Shown: in pieces, positions 14,638-28,684 of the stretch
Position numbering within the stretch: position 1 is the first letter of the stretch
How the letters are laid out: each line of letters opens with the position of its first letter
Notes under the pieces: model-generated
What the model saw: only the letters and a program-made list of their open reading frames with translations
What the model was told of the DNA's origin: nothing
The model's database searches: none
Position numbers and translations under genes: made by a program
From: Octopus vulgaris
Lineage: Eukaryota
Direction: 5' to 3'
DNA: 64,000 nucleotides
Assembly (NCBI GenBank): GCA_951406725.2
Contig: OX597820.1
Coordinates: forward strand, 24,180,001-24,244,000

Positions 14638-14860
14638 AATGGTACAATTTACTCTCGCTGTATTTTTTTCCATCTTACGACTATGATCCGACAATTTCAA
14701 ATATGATTGATATGATGATATTGTCTCAATACAACTTTGTTAATCTCAATATAGCTTTTTAAAGAAACCAATATATTTGAGATTGGCCTGAATGAAAATT
14801 ACGCAAAAATGCGCAAAAAAAATCTTTCGCCATATTAATTTGGAAAAGCTTAAATTTTTA

Positions 14861-14894
<34 letters not shown>

Positions 14895-14968
14895 GCACAT
14901 ATATATGTATGTATACTTATAAACATGTATATGCTTATATATACTTATATATATCATATATATATATA

Positions 14969-15035
<67 letters not shown>

Positions 15036-15237
15036 CATAAATATAAACTTAGATATGTTTCGACCAATGATTGTATATATTTATATACATATATATATAC
15101 ATACATACATACATATATACATAATTATTTGAGGGAATATTATTCCTAACTTACAGAAAAAAATTCAATTTAGAAATATATATATGTATATATACATATA
15201 TACACTATGCACTTATATATATACATATATGTATAAA

Positions 15238-15273
<36 letters not shown>

Positions 15274-15343
15274 TGTATGTATGTACGTATGTATGTATGT
15301 ATGTATGTATGTATGTATGTATGTATGTCTCTATCTATATATA

Positions 15344-15409
<66 letters not shown>

Positions 15410-15912
15410 ATATATATATATATGCATACATACACACACATGCACGCGCACATACTCTTACATACGCATATATATGAAACAGAATACGGCAAAAACATAT
15501 TTTACTTCATACTGCTAATGAATCCGTTGAGAATGATGTTAGTGGTTGTTCATATTTATTGACACCACTGGCTTTAAATATCTGATATCCACAATCAGTC
15601 TACTAATTAGATAAGCATTTTAAATAGACACTTCTTTTGAGCGAGAAAAATCCTCGCTTCGTATCGACGTGCGTTTGTTAGCTTGGTTCTGGGAAGCTAT
15701 TAGATCCTGTTGTTATTAATATAGAACAGCAGCTAATAATTCTGGAGCTGTAGTATATTGAGAAATTTAGCAACTAGATGCGTTTCATTCATATAACGGA
15801 TTTATAGCAATCTAGCGCCTCTCAAATATTCGTCCGTAATTTTACTTTCATCTCACAATTTTATTAGTCTTCAGAATATTCCACGATGTTTGGTTTGTCT
15901 ATAAATCTCGAC

Positions 15913-16359
15913 TTTTTCTTTTACTTGTTTCAGTCGTTTGACTGAGGCCATGCTGGAGCACCTCCTTAAAGGGCTTTACTCGAAGAAATCGACCGCAAAA
16001 TTTATTCTTTGTAAGACTAGTACTTATTCTATCGGTTTATGTTTTGCCGAATCATTAAGTTACGGAAAACTAAACCCACCAACATCCGTTGTCAAGTGAT
16101 GGTGGGGTGGGACAAACACAGACTCAAAGACACACACATAAATATATACGTACACACACAGACACATACACACACATATGTGTTTGTGTGTGTCTCTGAC
16201 GGGCTTCATTCAGTTTCCGTCTACCAAATCCACTCACAAGGCTTTGGTCAGCCCGAGGCTATAATAGAAGACACTTGTCCAAGGTGCAATGCATTGGGAC
16301 TGAACCTGAAACCATGTGTGTGGGAAGCAAGCTTCTTACCACATAGCCATGCCTGCGCC
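15913..16359 (-). mobile_element. SINE family A, full length
   Basis: Reverse complement of the family A consensus. Confidence 0.9.
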
Positions 16360-16384
16360 TATATACTTGCAAAATATTAAGCAT

Positions 16385-16720
16385 ATCTTGATGGTATTCT
16401 TTTCAGCCATGTTTGTTTGCTTGTCTGCGGACAAGATATCTCAAGAACCGCTGGATAGATTCGGATGAAACTTCCAGGGATGTTTGGCCTCGTGACTGGC
16501 ATAAACTGATTAGATTTTGGGATCGATCCGGTACCGGACAAGGATTCTAGATTATCATTATTTTTTTTTACTTAATCTTTGAGAGCGGTAGGGTTCATTT
16601 TTAGTATTCTCGTTTGTGAGAGCAGTTCGAGTTTATTTAAGATATTAAAAAAAAAAAAATCATCTCTGGCTAACCGTTGAGAGGACGTTGGTGTTGCTTT
16701 GTGGAGGCTTGCGCTTTCTA
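16385..16720. mobile_element. Non-autonomous Helentron/HINE-like element
   Basis: GTTTGTTTGCTTGTCTG..AAGATATCTCAAGAACCGCTGGA..GATTCGGATGAAACTT..GATTAGATTTTGG..GGAGGCTTGCGCT, a pattern recalled from DINE/HINE-type elements. Confidence 0.5.
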
Positions 16721-16822
16721 TTATTTTCAAAAGTTCTGTGAAAGTGTATATATATATATATATTTCGCTTTTGGATTTGGTTTGCAAGGTTCTTTATATG
16801 AGTTCGTGTGTTGAAGAATATT

Positions 16823-16980
16823 CTGTTGTGTCTGGGGAAAATCATTTTCTTTTGGTGCCTTATAATGTAACACACTCACCGGTAAAATTTCCACCTATTT
16901 CTTATTTTTCTTTTCCTAAAATTTTCGTTGCGCTTACATTATAAGGCACAAAAAGAAAATGACTCTCCCCAGACACATCA

Positions 16981-16981
<1 letters not shown>
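16823..16981. repeat. Inverted repeat, ~48-bp arms (16823-16870 / 16934-16981), between (TA)n tracts
   Basis: CTGTTGTGTCTGGGGAAAATCATTTTCTTTTGGTGCCTTATAATGTAA versus TTACATTATAAGGCACAAAAAGAAAATGACTCTCCCCAGACACATCAG. Confidence 0.85.
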
Positions 16982-17045
<64 letters not shown>

Positions 17046-18185
17046 AAGCTGAAGTATCGATTCTCCCCTTTAAAGAAATCTATGAATATAATCTCATAGC
17101 TTTTCTATTACAGCCTGAAAAGCTTGTTTCAGGCAAGACATTATCGTTTTTTAAAAAGGAAATTTCTTTTTTCCTTTTTTTAATGTTTTATGTCTCTTCT
17201 TCAAATATCGTAACAAATCTTAAAAATTCCGTATGCAGACACACACACACACGTTTTGTTCATTTTGTAGCATTAAGAATAGAGTCTGGAAAATGTCAAT
17301 TTTTGTCAGACAAACGAAGATTGCACAAACGGACAACGAGTTTCTCAAGATTGATGGACTACTTGAGGAACAATCGAACGAAACCTTGGTCCGGTACTAA
17401 TATATTTCCCTCTCTCTCTCCCTCCCCTTACTCTCCTTCCCTTCTCTCCTTTTCCCTCGTTTCATTTCCTCCTCTCTCTCCTTTCCCCTCTCTTTATATA
17501 TATACATATATGTGTGTGTGTGTGAGTATACAAACACTTGCACCAACATACATGCACAGCTTGCAAGACCAGATCTAAACTGGGCCACACACACACACGC
17601 ACACACATACACACACACGTATAACAACAACAACGAAAACAGCAACATCCCGTCGTAGTTTCCTTTGCTTTTCTCTAAGAGTTGATAAATAAATAGCCGA
17701 GGTCGATTAAACGTACAACATAACTTGTCCTAAAAATAAACGTGGCCTTCTCACATGCTAACAGAAATCAATATACGTTATATGTATTGACATATAGGAT
17801 TGGTCATGTTTGTTGTGTTGGTGGCGAATGGCAACATCTACAGAGTGTTTGGTGGCATTTGGTGGCAGTAATGGCAGTAGTGGTGGTGGGTGCTAATGTC
17901 TATAGACCATCTTGTGGTATTTACTCTATGTCTACATAGTTCTTCAGCTGCCGTCTACATTAAGCAGCTTGGCTGTCGCCTCGTTGACACTTGCAGTAAT
18001 AATAAAAGAGAAACTTGCTGTTTGTTTCTGCGATTTCCAACTGCAATTAAGTGGCTCGGTTGATGAGTGGTTAGAGCGAAATTGCAATTAGGGGAGTATG
18101 TGGTTCAGTGGTTAGAGCGTTATTTGTTCCGGCTCATTGCGCACCGAGTTTAAATCGTGCCGAAGGCGTCTTTCTTCTGTCATTT

Positions 18186-18374
18186 TATCTTTTATCATTT
18201 CACTCATTGGACTGCAGCCATGTTGGGTCACAGTTCTGAAGGGTTTAGTCGAACAGATCGAACCCAGTATTTTAAAAAATCTCGTTCTTATTCTATTGGT
18301 CACGTTTACTGAGCTGTTAAGTTATGGCGTCTTAAGCAAACCATCACCGATTGTCGAGCGTTGGGGGGCAAACA

Positions 18375-18417
<43 letters not shown>

Positions 18418-18586
18418 ACACACACACACACTTACACATTCATATACGAAGAACTCCCTTGCAGTTTCCGTTTACTAAATTCAATCACAAGGCATTGATT
18501 GGCCCGAGGCCATAGTAGTAGATACTTGCTCAAGCTGCTGTGCTGTGAAATTGAACCAGAATCTACGTGGTTGCAAACTTGCGCCT
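18186..18586 (-). mobile_element. Older SINE family A copy
   Basis: Diverged reverse-complement match to family A. Confidence 0.75.
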
Positions 18587-18767
18587 AGTTAACTTTTTCG
18601 AGGCTGATGAAATAAATATCAATTTAAGACGTCGATTGGCCAACAGTACAGCAAATGACAGATGCGTTGGGTTACTTCTTTCGGCCGTTATGGTTTGTTT
18701 CAAGAAGTAAAAAGTGTGAAACTAGCCACACTCAGTTCAGTTAGAAATAAAAATAACTTTACGTCTT

Positions 18768-19755
18768 AAAAATTCGTTATGTGCAACAGAAACAGTATTA
18801 GATTAAAGCAGCTATCTCTGTACCATACTTAATGTAAATGAATCACCGAAAGACAAATTACCTGTGGTATTCTTCTGGAGATAATGTCTCTTGTGGACGT
18901 ACTGTGTTAAATGATATACAACTATATCAGTAACAGAGAAAATTGTCCAGTAACGGCTTGTGGGTTATGTCAGCAGAATGCACCTGCTGGCAACTTCATG
19001 CCAACAGAAAACCTGTGGCCACTGATACAAGAAAACTGTGATTGAATAATCACTGATGTTGTAATTAGCCGGCTGGCTGAACAAAAATTCACGATGTGCA
19101 GCAGAAGTAGTATTAGTTTAAAGTAGCAATCTACATATCATACTTAATGCAAATAAATCACAGAAAAACAAATTAAGTGCGGTAATCGTCCGGAGATAAT
19201 ACCTCTTATGGACTTACTATGTTAAATAACACAGAAGTATATCAGGGGCACCATCCATCAGCAGTGATGGGAATGCTAGAAGTGCACTTGTGCCTTCTTG
19301 AATTTTGTCAGCAGTATGTACCCGGTGTTAACTTCATATTAAGAGGAAATCCATCGCCACTGGTATAGGAAAATAGTGATTGAAAAATCACTGATGCTGC
19401 AATTAATCGGCTGGCTGAACAAAAATTCACGATGTGCACCAGAAGTAGTACTTGTTTAAAGTAGCAATCTGCGTATCATAGTTAATGCAAATACACCGTG
19501 GAAAGACAAATTAAATGCGGTAATCGTCTGGAGATAATACCTCTTATGGATGTACTCGTACTGTGTTGATAACAAAAATATACCAGCTGCAGACGAAAAT
19601 CGTCCAGCAGCGGTGGCAAGAATGCTAGAAGCATATTTTACTGTTTAAGGCTTCGTAAGCAGCATGTATCCGCAGGTATCCTCATGCCAAGACAAAATCC
19701 GTCACCACTGGTATAAGAAGACTAACGAAATTTTATCCAGCCGACCGGCTAATTG
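18768..19755. repeat. Diverged tandem repeat, three units of ~315-340 bp
   Basis: Anchor ATGTGC.CAGAA..AGTA recurs near 18779, 19094 and 19432; GGAGATAAT..CTCTT.TGGA and GGCTGGCTGAACAAAAATTC also recur. Confidence 0.9.
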
Positions 19756-21238
19756 CAGCAACAGTTATATTTCAGTCTCTGTTTTCCTACGTCAGTGGCG
19801 ACGGATTTTGTCTCAGCTCATGATGAGGATATACACTGTAAGAGTTCTTAAATAAGTAAGTGTCAATGAGGCAGCCTATACCCGGTTGAGCGACTTACTA
19901 GAAATAACAGCAAAATCTCTCACGAATCACACCATATTATTAAATAAGAATGGAAAGCTATGTCCGAATAAAACACGAGATCGCACGGCTGAGATGCTCT
20001 TGATTACAGAGTTGGCCTGAGGGCTAAAAAACACAACCACCGCCATCACCAACAACAGCCGTTCAAGAATTTGGACCTTGAGATCTCCATTTCCAGCGAC
20101 TTCGAGGGCCACCTCCCAGTGGTGTCGGGCGTCAATGAAGAGCCCTCGACTACAACAAGACGACCAAAGGTTTTTTTCTCGAGGTCTGGGGTCTCCCGCC
20201 CCTAAGCCCTAGACCATCACCTAATCACGTTTACCCGTCTTGATGCTTAACAACAACAACAACAACAACAATCACCAACAATAGCAATAAATTAAAAGGG
20301 AAACAAAATATAATCCAAAACAATACAAAACAAGAACAAATATTTAACAAAAGTTTTTGTTGCTTAGGAACAGGAGAATAATAATTGAAAAATCAGAAAA
20401 AATGCAAACAAACTGGAAGTCAGACACGATTAATTAATGTGAGAGCAAACACTGAAATATGGTCATCTTGGAATACAATTATTCTTTGTGTAACACACAT
20501 AGAAACTAAAACATACGGTTACAAAATACGTGAAGCTTATACTGAGGGCTGGCGTTAAGGGTTTCAACGCCCGGGGCCAGCCATATGCTATGTTCCCACT
20601 TTTTCAATCCTATGTCTACAACTTCCTTCAGCCATCTTACTCTTTACACCAGCGGGGACATGCAATCGGAAAATTATTATTAACTTGCGAGAAAAATAAA
20701 AATAAAAAGAAAAGAAAATGTAAACCACGCAGAAATCTATAGTTTAATGTTCAAACTTGTCTTACATGAAACCTATCCATGGTACAGAAAACGTTTGGGG
20801 TACCGCTACCCTAAGTAATCGTCTAATTTTCCTTGTGCGTAGAGTCCACCATGATTACAAATCCAGCCACGTGTATACGTATGGCAGAAGTGGAGGCAAA
20901 CGACAGGAAAACTGCAGCAGAATTTGTGCAAACAATTTCCTAAATAATTGAAGCAGATTAAAATTGTTTACAACAAATATTCAATGAACCCGTCTATCCA
21001 GGAAGAAAATGGCAAAGGGAACTTTTATACCAAGAACAGAAGAAATAGTGAGCTGATTCATGGCACTTAATGGTTGAACTTTAATAGTATTATGCCCCAG
21101 TGCATTAAGGATTGTTTGAGGAAGCTGTTATCAATTAATGGGGTCCGTAATTCGCGTGCAATGAGCGGACTGAATAAAAATATTCTCTCAGTTCTTTGGC
21201 AGGCGAATAAAAAGAACAAAAGAAGGAGTAACCACTTG

Positions 21239-21510
21239 TGGAGGAGCGTGGCTTAGTGGTCAAAGCTGTTTGACTCGTCAATGGTAAAATTGTTGTTTCG
21301 ATTTCTGGACCAGGCGATGCGTTAGGCTCTTGAGTAAAACATGTTATTCAACGTTGCTCTAGCCTACTCAGAAAATGTGAGTCATGCAATGAAGTCGCAA
21401 CGGAAGTTGAGTAATGTAATGAAGTTGCAACAGACCTGGCAACCCAGTGATGGATGGTGCATCTGCCAGAAAAATAAACAGACGAAAACCTCTGCACTGA
21501 TGGGTCATAG
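21239..21510 (+). mobile_element. SINE family C, old copy
   Basis: GGAGCGTGGCTTAGTGGTC..GTTTCGATTTC..CTTGAGTAAAAC. Confidence 0.7.
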
Positions 21511-21562
21511 GCTTACCATCGTGTTAGATATTATCATTATTTTATTTCATTTTATTTATTTA

Positions 21563-21931
21563 CTAGCTGTATCGCCCGGCGTTGCTCGGGTTTGTTTGGA
21601 CCCTTTAGAACTGGAATTTTTGAAAAGTAAAAAATTGCATTTAAGTGAACTTTTTTCTGGTTGAAATACACCGAAAAATGGCGACACAGCAGTAAAAAAA
21701 TCGTAAAAAATAGGGATTTTTATAGAAAAAAAGCACCTTTTTGATGTAAATAATTTTTGGCGTTAACATGATCCGATTTGAATTTTATCTTCTACGGAAT
21801 GAAGAGCAAGCCTTCTTCTATCATACTCTCAGTTTCGGTCAACTTGCGCCGCAGGGTCTCGGAAGAGATAGTGTTAGTTGAAGGCTACCAAACCGGCCAT
21901 ACACAGACAACTTCAGCTTTATATATATAGA
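21563..21931 (-). mobile_element. Non-autonomous Helitron, complete (369 bp)
   Basis: Minus strand starts A|TCTATATATATAAAGCTG and ends with hairpin CCCGAGCAACGCCGGG then CGATACAG-CTAG|T: 5' TC, 3' CTAG, subterminal hairpin and A|T insertion site. Confidence 0.85.
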
Positions 21932-21964
21932 TTTATTTTTAGGAATTATTGCAATATTCGAAAA

Positions 21965-22510
21965 CTGGTTTAATCCAAAGTGGTTTTATCAAAGCTTTGT
22001 TCCTGAAGTTGGTGCGATAAAAATAGTGACACTAAATGATAAATGTTTAAGTGAAGTTAACAGTCTTCGTGTGTTTTTGAATGTTTAATATGTGTCTTTC
22101 ACGCTATAATTGTTTTAGTTTACACACAGTCTCAGCTCCCATAATTCACTAGACAAATATATCTCCCAAAATAATATCGATATTTTGAATTTTATTACTA
22201 ATTGATAACGTTCCAGCGTATCCCTGTGATTTAGAACACCCTAACGTTAAAGTTCTGTCTTTACCATCACATAAAACTATATCACCTAGCCAACCATTAG
22301 ATCAAGGAATAATTTGTAATTTTAAAACAAATTATGTTAAACATTCGTATAGAAATTACACGATGATATGGTGGAGAGCCAGCTTACTATTTTAGAGTTG
22401 TGGGGGAAATATTTAATGTTCTTCATTGTGTGAAGATAATAGCAATAGCTAATCAAGAAATAAAGAAAGCTACCTTAACGGATGCTGGAAAGTCATTTTG
22501 TCTGGACCAT
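21965..22510 (+). pseudogene. Decayed Tigger/pogo (DDE_1) transposase fragment
   Basis: Manual translation gives KWFYQSFVPEV and LLLIDNVPAYPCDLEHPNVKVLSLPSHKTISPSQPLDQGIICNFKTNY, matching the pogo motifs LLDNAPGHP and QPLDQGII. Confidence 0.8.
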
Positions 22511-22579
22511 TTTGGAATGGTAGAGATACAGAAGCAAGAAAACCTCTAAACAGATACAAAATTAGTTGAAGAAACTAAG

Positions 22580-22739
22580 GTGCAGCCATGACTGCGTGGT
22601 TAAGAAGTTCGTTATGCAACCAGGTGGTTTCGAGTTTAGTATCACTCTGCAGTACTTTTGGACAAATATCTTGTACTATAGTGCCTGTCAACCAATGCCT
22701 TCTGAGGGAATTTGGTCAATGGAAACTGTGTGGAAACTC

Positions 22740-22745
<6 letters not shown>
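22580..22745 (+). mobile_element. Old SINE family A, 5' half
   Basis: Degenerate head and CORE-like region. Confidence 0.6.
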
Positions 22746-22794
<49 letters not shown>

Positions 22795-23006
22795 TTATGA
22801 GAGGTAATGGTGTCAATAAGACCCAAAGGTGTTAAGTAATTCTGAGTAAGTGCTATGAATAGACCATAGTTAAGTTCCAGATTCGGTGATTATGCTAATA
22901 AGGAGTCCAACGTAGGTCATATATCAGCATGTGTATATATAATTTTTTTTTCAGAATGAGATAAAAAAAACCAAGGCTGTGAAGATTTTAGAACATTTAT
23001 AAATAG

Positions 23007-23054
23007 GTCTTACAGCTGTTTCCAGGATATTTATTATAATCCTTCATCAGAGAC
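23007..23054 (-). ncRNA. Minimal type-I hammerhead ribozyme
   Basis: GTCT-CTGATGA-AGGATTATAATAAATATCCTG-GAAA-CAGCTG-TA-AGAC: stem I GTCT/AGAC, palindromic stem III, GUA site; base of stem II imperfect. Confidence 0.8.
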
Positions 23055-23233
23055 AGTGTGAGAAAATGGTGAAGTAATAGTTAATTTATATAAGATACGA
23101 AATAGAGAGTGAAATGGAGGAATGAAAATATACGTGAGATATGCAGGGATATTGCATTTATTTTCATCCTCGACTTCACTCCCTATTTCGTACCTTATCT
23201 AAATTAACTATTGCTTAACCATTACCTCACACC

Positions 23234-23281
23234 GTCTCCGATGAAGGGATATAATAAATATCCTGGAAACAGCTGTAAGAC
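23234..23281 (+). ncRNA. Minimal type-I hammerhead ribozyme (U4C core variant)
   Basis: GTCT-CCGATGA-AGGGATATAATAAATATCCTG-GAAA-CAGCTG-TA-AGAC. Confidence 0.75.
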
Positions 23282-23669
23282 CTATTTATAAATGTTCTAA
23301 AATCTTCACAACCTTGGTCTTTCTTTATCTCATTCTGAAAAAATTAAAGAAATGTGTATAAATGAAAAATGCATTGAATACTAAAAAAAGTAAGCATAGG
23401 ACACACAGAGAAGGACTCTAATTCTTCATCAATTATCGACCGAAAAATACCAATACTCCGTTTCGAGACTTTAACGATAAGACAGAACTTCATATATCGG
23501 CGGCACCAGGTACATGTATGTATGTATGTATGTATGTATGTATGTATGTATGTATGTATGTATGTATGTATGTATGTATGTATGTATGTATGTATGTATG
23601 CATGTATGAATGCATGTATGTATGTATGCATGCATGTATGTATGTATTTATGTATGTATATAAGTTTCT

Positions 23670-23860
23670 GTGCGCGTGTCTTTGTGTTTGTTACCCCATC
23701 ACTTGACAACCGGTGTTGGTTTGTTTAGGTCCCCTGGACTTATGGGTTCAGCAAGCCATATCGATAGAATAAATACCAGACTTGCAAAAGATAAGTGTTG
23801 GGATCAATTTTTGGTCAACTAAACCCTTCAAGGTGGTGCCCCAACATGGCCATATCCCGT
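23670..23860 (+). mobile_element. SINE family A, 3' half
   Basis: CTTGACAACCGGTGTTGG..GATAGAATAA..GGTGGTGCCCCAACATGGCC. Confidence 0.7.
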
Positions 23861-24426
23861 AAATGATACAAATAAAATAATAAACAACAGAAGAAAAAAT
23901 ACCTGTTGTTTTTGAAACAGGAGTTAAGTGAAGAAGATTTAATTGACATTATTCCAACGAATAATTCATGAACTATTTTCAATGATTACCGCAAAAATAT
24001 ACAAATAAGAGGAATTACACATAGAAGGAAATCTGCAATCTCGTTTCATGTTGAATGGTTCTAATATGTAACGCAGTTGGATAATTTAAAGTGAGATCTT
24101 TACTTTGATATGAAAAGAAACAGAACCTAAAATTACAGATTTCACGAGAAGGATAGCGATAAAAAGACAGAGAAAAGAAGCACGGAATAATAGAGATGGT
24201 GATAATAAATTTCAACTGATGGGAAAACAAAAAGAAAGAGAATTGTGTTAATATATTTAAGTGAATATATTTAAGTCGTCGGAGACCATCTTATTGGGAA
24301 AATTTAAGCGATAGCATCATATTTCTTTGTCTGGCTCCTTTCTTTATTCAACAGGGTAGAGCGTGATTTATGAGAGAATTGACTGTTATATCAAGCAGGT
24401 GGAGCGACCGCGGCGGCTCATCATTA

Positions 24427-24525
24427 CTGCGTGGCACCTTGAGCAAGTGTCTTCTACTATAGCCTAGGGCCGACCAAATGCTTGTGAGTGGATTTGGTAG
24501 ACGGAAACTGTAAGAAGCTCACCCA

Positions 24526-24568
<43 letters not shown>

Positions 24569-24889
24569 CATACATATAGGCACACACGCATATATATATA
24601 TACATAGACATATATCAAGGCGCAATCGCCCAGTGGTTAAGGGCAGCGAACTCGCGGTCGTAGGATCGCGATTGAGCGAAAACACCTAAAAGCTCCATGA
24701 GGCTCCTTCAGGGGGTGGTGGCGAACCCTGATGTATCTTTTGCCACAACTTTCTCTCATCTTTCTTCTGTTGGCCTGCTCGCTTAACCAGCGGGGTGGCT
24801 TCATTTGAAGGCTAAAACAATGCTAAGCGCATTGTGACCAGCGATGTGTAGCAGCATCTGATAGCCTGGTCGGTCCCGGTGGTCACGGT

Positions 24890-24930
<41 letters not shown>

Positions 24931-25152
24931 CTGTGATGTGTTTGCTTCCATCGCCTGACAATCGGTGTTAGTGTGTTTCTTCATAATCTGATGGGTCGGC
25001 AATAGAGACCGATATCATAATTATAGGCTTACAAAAGAAACAAAACAATAAAAAAATAAAAATGTACTGAGGTCGAGTCATTCGTCCAAAACTTCTTCAA
25101 GGTGGTGCCCCAGCATGGCCGCAGTCTGAAACACATAAAATATAAAATATAA
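24427..25152 (+). mobile_element. SINE family A interrupted by a nested family B SINE
   Basis: 5' part 24427-24525 and 3' part about 24905-25152 flank the internal microsatellite that contains 24618-24889. Confidence 0.75.
24618..24889 (+). mobile_element. SINE family B head with an alternative 3' body
   Basis: GGCGCAATCGCCCAGTGGTTAAGGGCAGCG head; diverges from the 7998 and 43896 copies after CTTTCTTC. Confidence 0.8.
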
Positions 25153-25864
25153 AAGGCGTATGCATATCTATGCGTACATGAGAGTGCGTGTTACTTAGGT
25201 CAAAGAAACCTCGTTCGAGAACGTTTTGGGTGGTAATTAGATGTAGTGGTTTGACTTGCTACTTTTCCTTGGAACTGTATTTGGTAAAATTGTGGTCGTC
25301 ATCGTCATCGTCATCATCGTCGTTATTGTTCTTGTTGTTGTAAATACTACTTCTGGAGATGGTTTTACCGTTACTGCTCCTGGTAATAATTTCACTGCCA
25401 TTAATGCTACAAAAATTTTTGTTGTTCTTTTTTTTTTATTACCTGATGGGAGAAAATCATGTACAAAACTTCTACATAATTCTCGATAAAATTCTATAGA
25501 CGGACATTATTAAAACTGTAGATTATACTGTGTAGAAAAACTGGTTTGATTCGCAGACTTTCATATCGCACAATGCTTCAATTTTTCAGAAAAAAATCCC
25601 TCTAAAGAAAACATAACGTATCTCTATAAACAGTTACATTGTATTTCTGACCTTTCATTATCTTTACATTCTTCGTGGTTTATATATATGCGTGTGTATT
25701 TGCATGTATGCATGGATATATGCACACACATATATAAAGAGAAGAAAACTTAGCTTTGAATAAATGATTTCAAATTGAAAATATATAAAAAAAACACTTG
25801 CATAATGTGAATGATCAACCATACTGTTATAAACTTACAAGGGAGAACGCCTCTATCATATACA

Positions 25865-25898
<34 letters not shown>

Positions 25899-25991
25899 CA
25901 TATATATACATACATACATATATATATATAAGTAAATATATATTCATATCTATATATATATATATGTTAGTAAATATATATATTCATATCA

Positions 25992-26058
<67 letters not shown>

Positions 26059-26072
26059 TATAGATATATATA

Positions 26073-26154
<82 letters not shown>

Positions 26155-26635
26155 TATATACAGAGTGAGAGAGAGAGAGACAGAGACAGAGATAGAAAGA
26201 GATAGATACATACATATGCACATCCACACATCCACGCATCCACTGAGATACTTACATAAACATATACTTGTTAGTGTGTGCAAATGTATGTATGTATGTA
26301 TGTATGTATGTATGTATGTATGTATGTATGTATGTATGTATGTATGTATGTACGTACGTATGTATGCATATACTTTATTTCTGTAAATATAAAGTATATG
26401 CAAAGCGAAGAGCAAAAAAAAAAAGCAAGAAACAAAAAAAAATTCATTTCAGAGAATTCATAGAGCAATGGAAACATGCCAAGTGTAAAGATAAAGATTT
26501 CGACCTATATCCATAAACACTGAATTCATTCAAAAGAACAAAATCCATGCTAAAGCGAGCAAATAGCTTTCTTGATACGTTTCTGCATCTATCTGCATAT
26601 ATAAGATAGGACTTGAATTCAGACCGAGAGAGAAG

Positions 26636-26731
<96 letters not shown>

Positions 26732-26858
26732 GAGAGAGAGAGAGAGGGAGAGAGAGATAGAAGGAGGGGCTTGTTCCAATCAGCCTTCTATCAGGAAGAA
26801 AAAAACCTCAATACTAGAGTAAAACTAAATTCATTATGGGATTTGTTAGGTTTGTGGG

Positions 26859-26963
<105 letters not shown>

Positions 26964-27567
26964 CACACACACACACATACACACACAAACACACTCACAC
27001 ACACAAAGAGATATACGTACATATACACGCACACATGTACATGAATATATGCATTTATATACACACGTATATATATGCATATATACGCGTAGATATAAGC
27101 ATATATTTATGTATATATATATATATATATAAATCTGTTTTAAATCTATCTTTTGTTTAATAGATTAACTGTTCCACATATGTAAAAATATACAAAGATG
27201 TAACCGCTCCCCACACTCACGTATATGTGTGAGTGTAGCTATATGTGTGTATAAATGTATGTGAATATGGAAGTATATTATCCATAAAACAACCAAAAAT
27301 ATTAATTGGCTGAGGAGGGGAAAAAAGCACTTTAAGACAATTACTGCATATACAGATTGCAGATTCGATTTTTGTTTATATCTAATACAGAAGAACAATA
27401 GAAAGTTTAAAAAAAATACATGTATACTCACTGAAGGAACACACATACACACACACCAACGTCCGCACACAAACATAGGTACATAAAAACATACAACCTA
27501 CAAAACATGCATATACATACATATATATACATATATATATACATATACATATACATATATATATATA

Positions 27568-27613
<46 letters not shown>

Positions 27614-27689
27614 AATATATATGATATAAATAATATATAAATATATGCATATATACATACCTATATCTATATGTATATATACATGCATA

Positions 27690-28218
<529 letters not shown>

Positions 28219-28267
28219 AAAAAAAGTCAAGATAGAAAATACTAAAATAATTTTATAAAAAACATTT

Positions 28268-28303
28268 CAGTACCGGTTTCAGTCATTGAGACTTTTTCCT
28301 CTG
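28268..28303 (-). ncRNA. Hammerhead-like motif with eroded CUGAUGA box
   Basis: CAG-AGGAAAA-AGTC-TCAAT-GACT-GAAA-CCGG-TA-CTG: all three stems and GAAA are in register, but the 5' core is degenerate. Confidence 0.45.
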
Positions 28304-28684
28304 TAACTATGGAATACAATTAATTTTTGGAAAAATTAAAAGAAAAGTTTTTTAAAAGAATATTTGTATAGTGTTCAAATACAAGTGGCATTTACCTTGT
28401 TTCTGCCTGTCTCTGTCTCTCTTGTTTACTCTTTTTGGTTCGACATGCCTTGAAAAAAAAAACAAAAAAAACAAAAACAAAAAAAACCAAACAAACATAT
28501 TTCTCCGTTACTCTAGTTTTTTTCCTTCCTTTTCTATTTTCCCCCTTCTAACTACCTTACCTTTCTGAACAGTATATGCAGGGAGACTTCGAATATATTT
28601 CATTTTTATTTAAATTCTTTTTTGATTTCTCAAAATAATAGGATAAAGAAAAAGATGCTTACTGAATCATATAGTCTCATAGTG

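Larger units (their letters stand above)
22940..23346. mobile_element. ~400-bp palindromic element (two ~190-bp inverted arms), each arm with a hammerhead motif
   Basis: TTTTCAGAATGAGATAAA... at left is the reverse complement of ...TTTATCTCATTCTGAAAA at right; the arms pair to about 23130/23158. Confidence 0.9.

Noticed and set aside
17930-18052. Unique segment with a splice-acceptor-like TTGCAG on the minus strand
   Set aside because: All frames stop within about 35 codons and no protein similarity was recognised.
18768-19755. Tandem repeat as a CRISPR-like array or repeat-protein gene
   Set aside because: Whole units are homologous (no unique spacers), the context is eukaryotic, and the frames checked contain stops.
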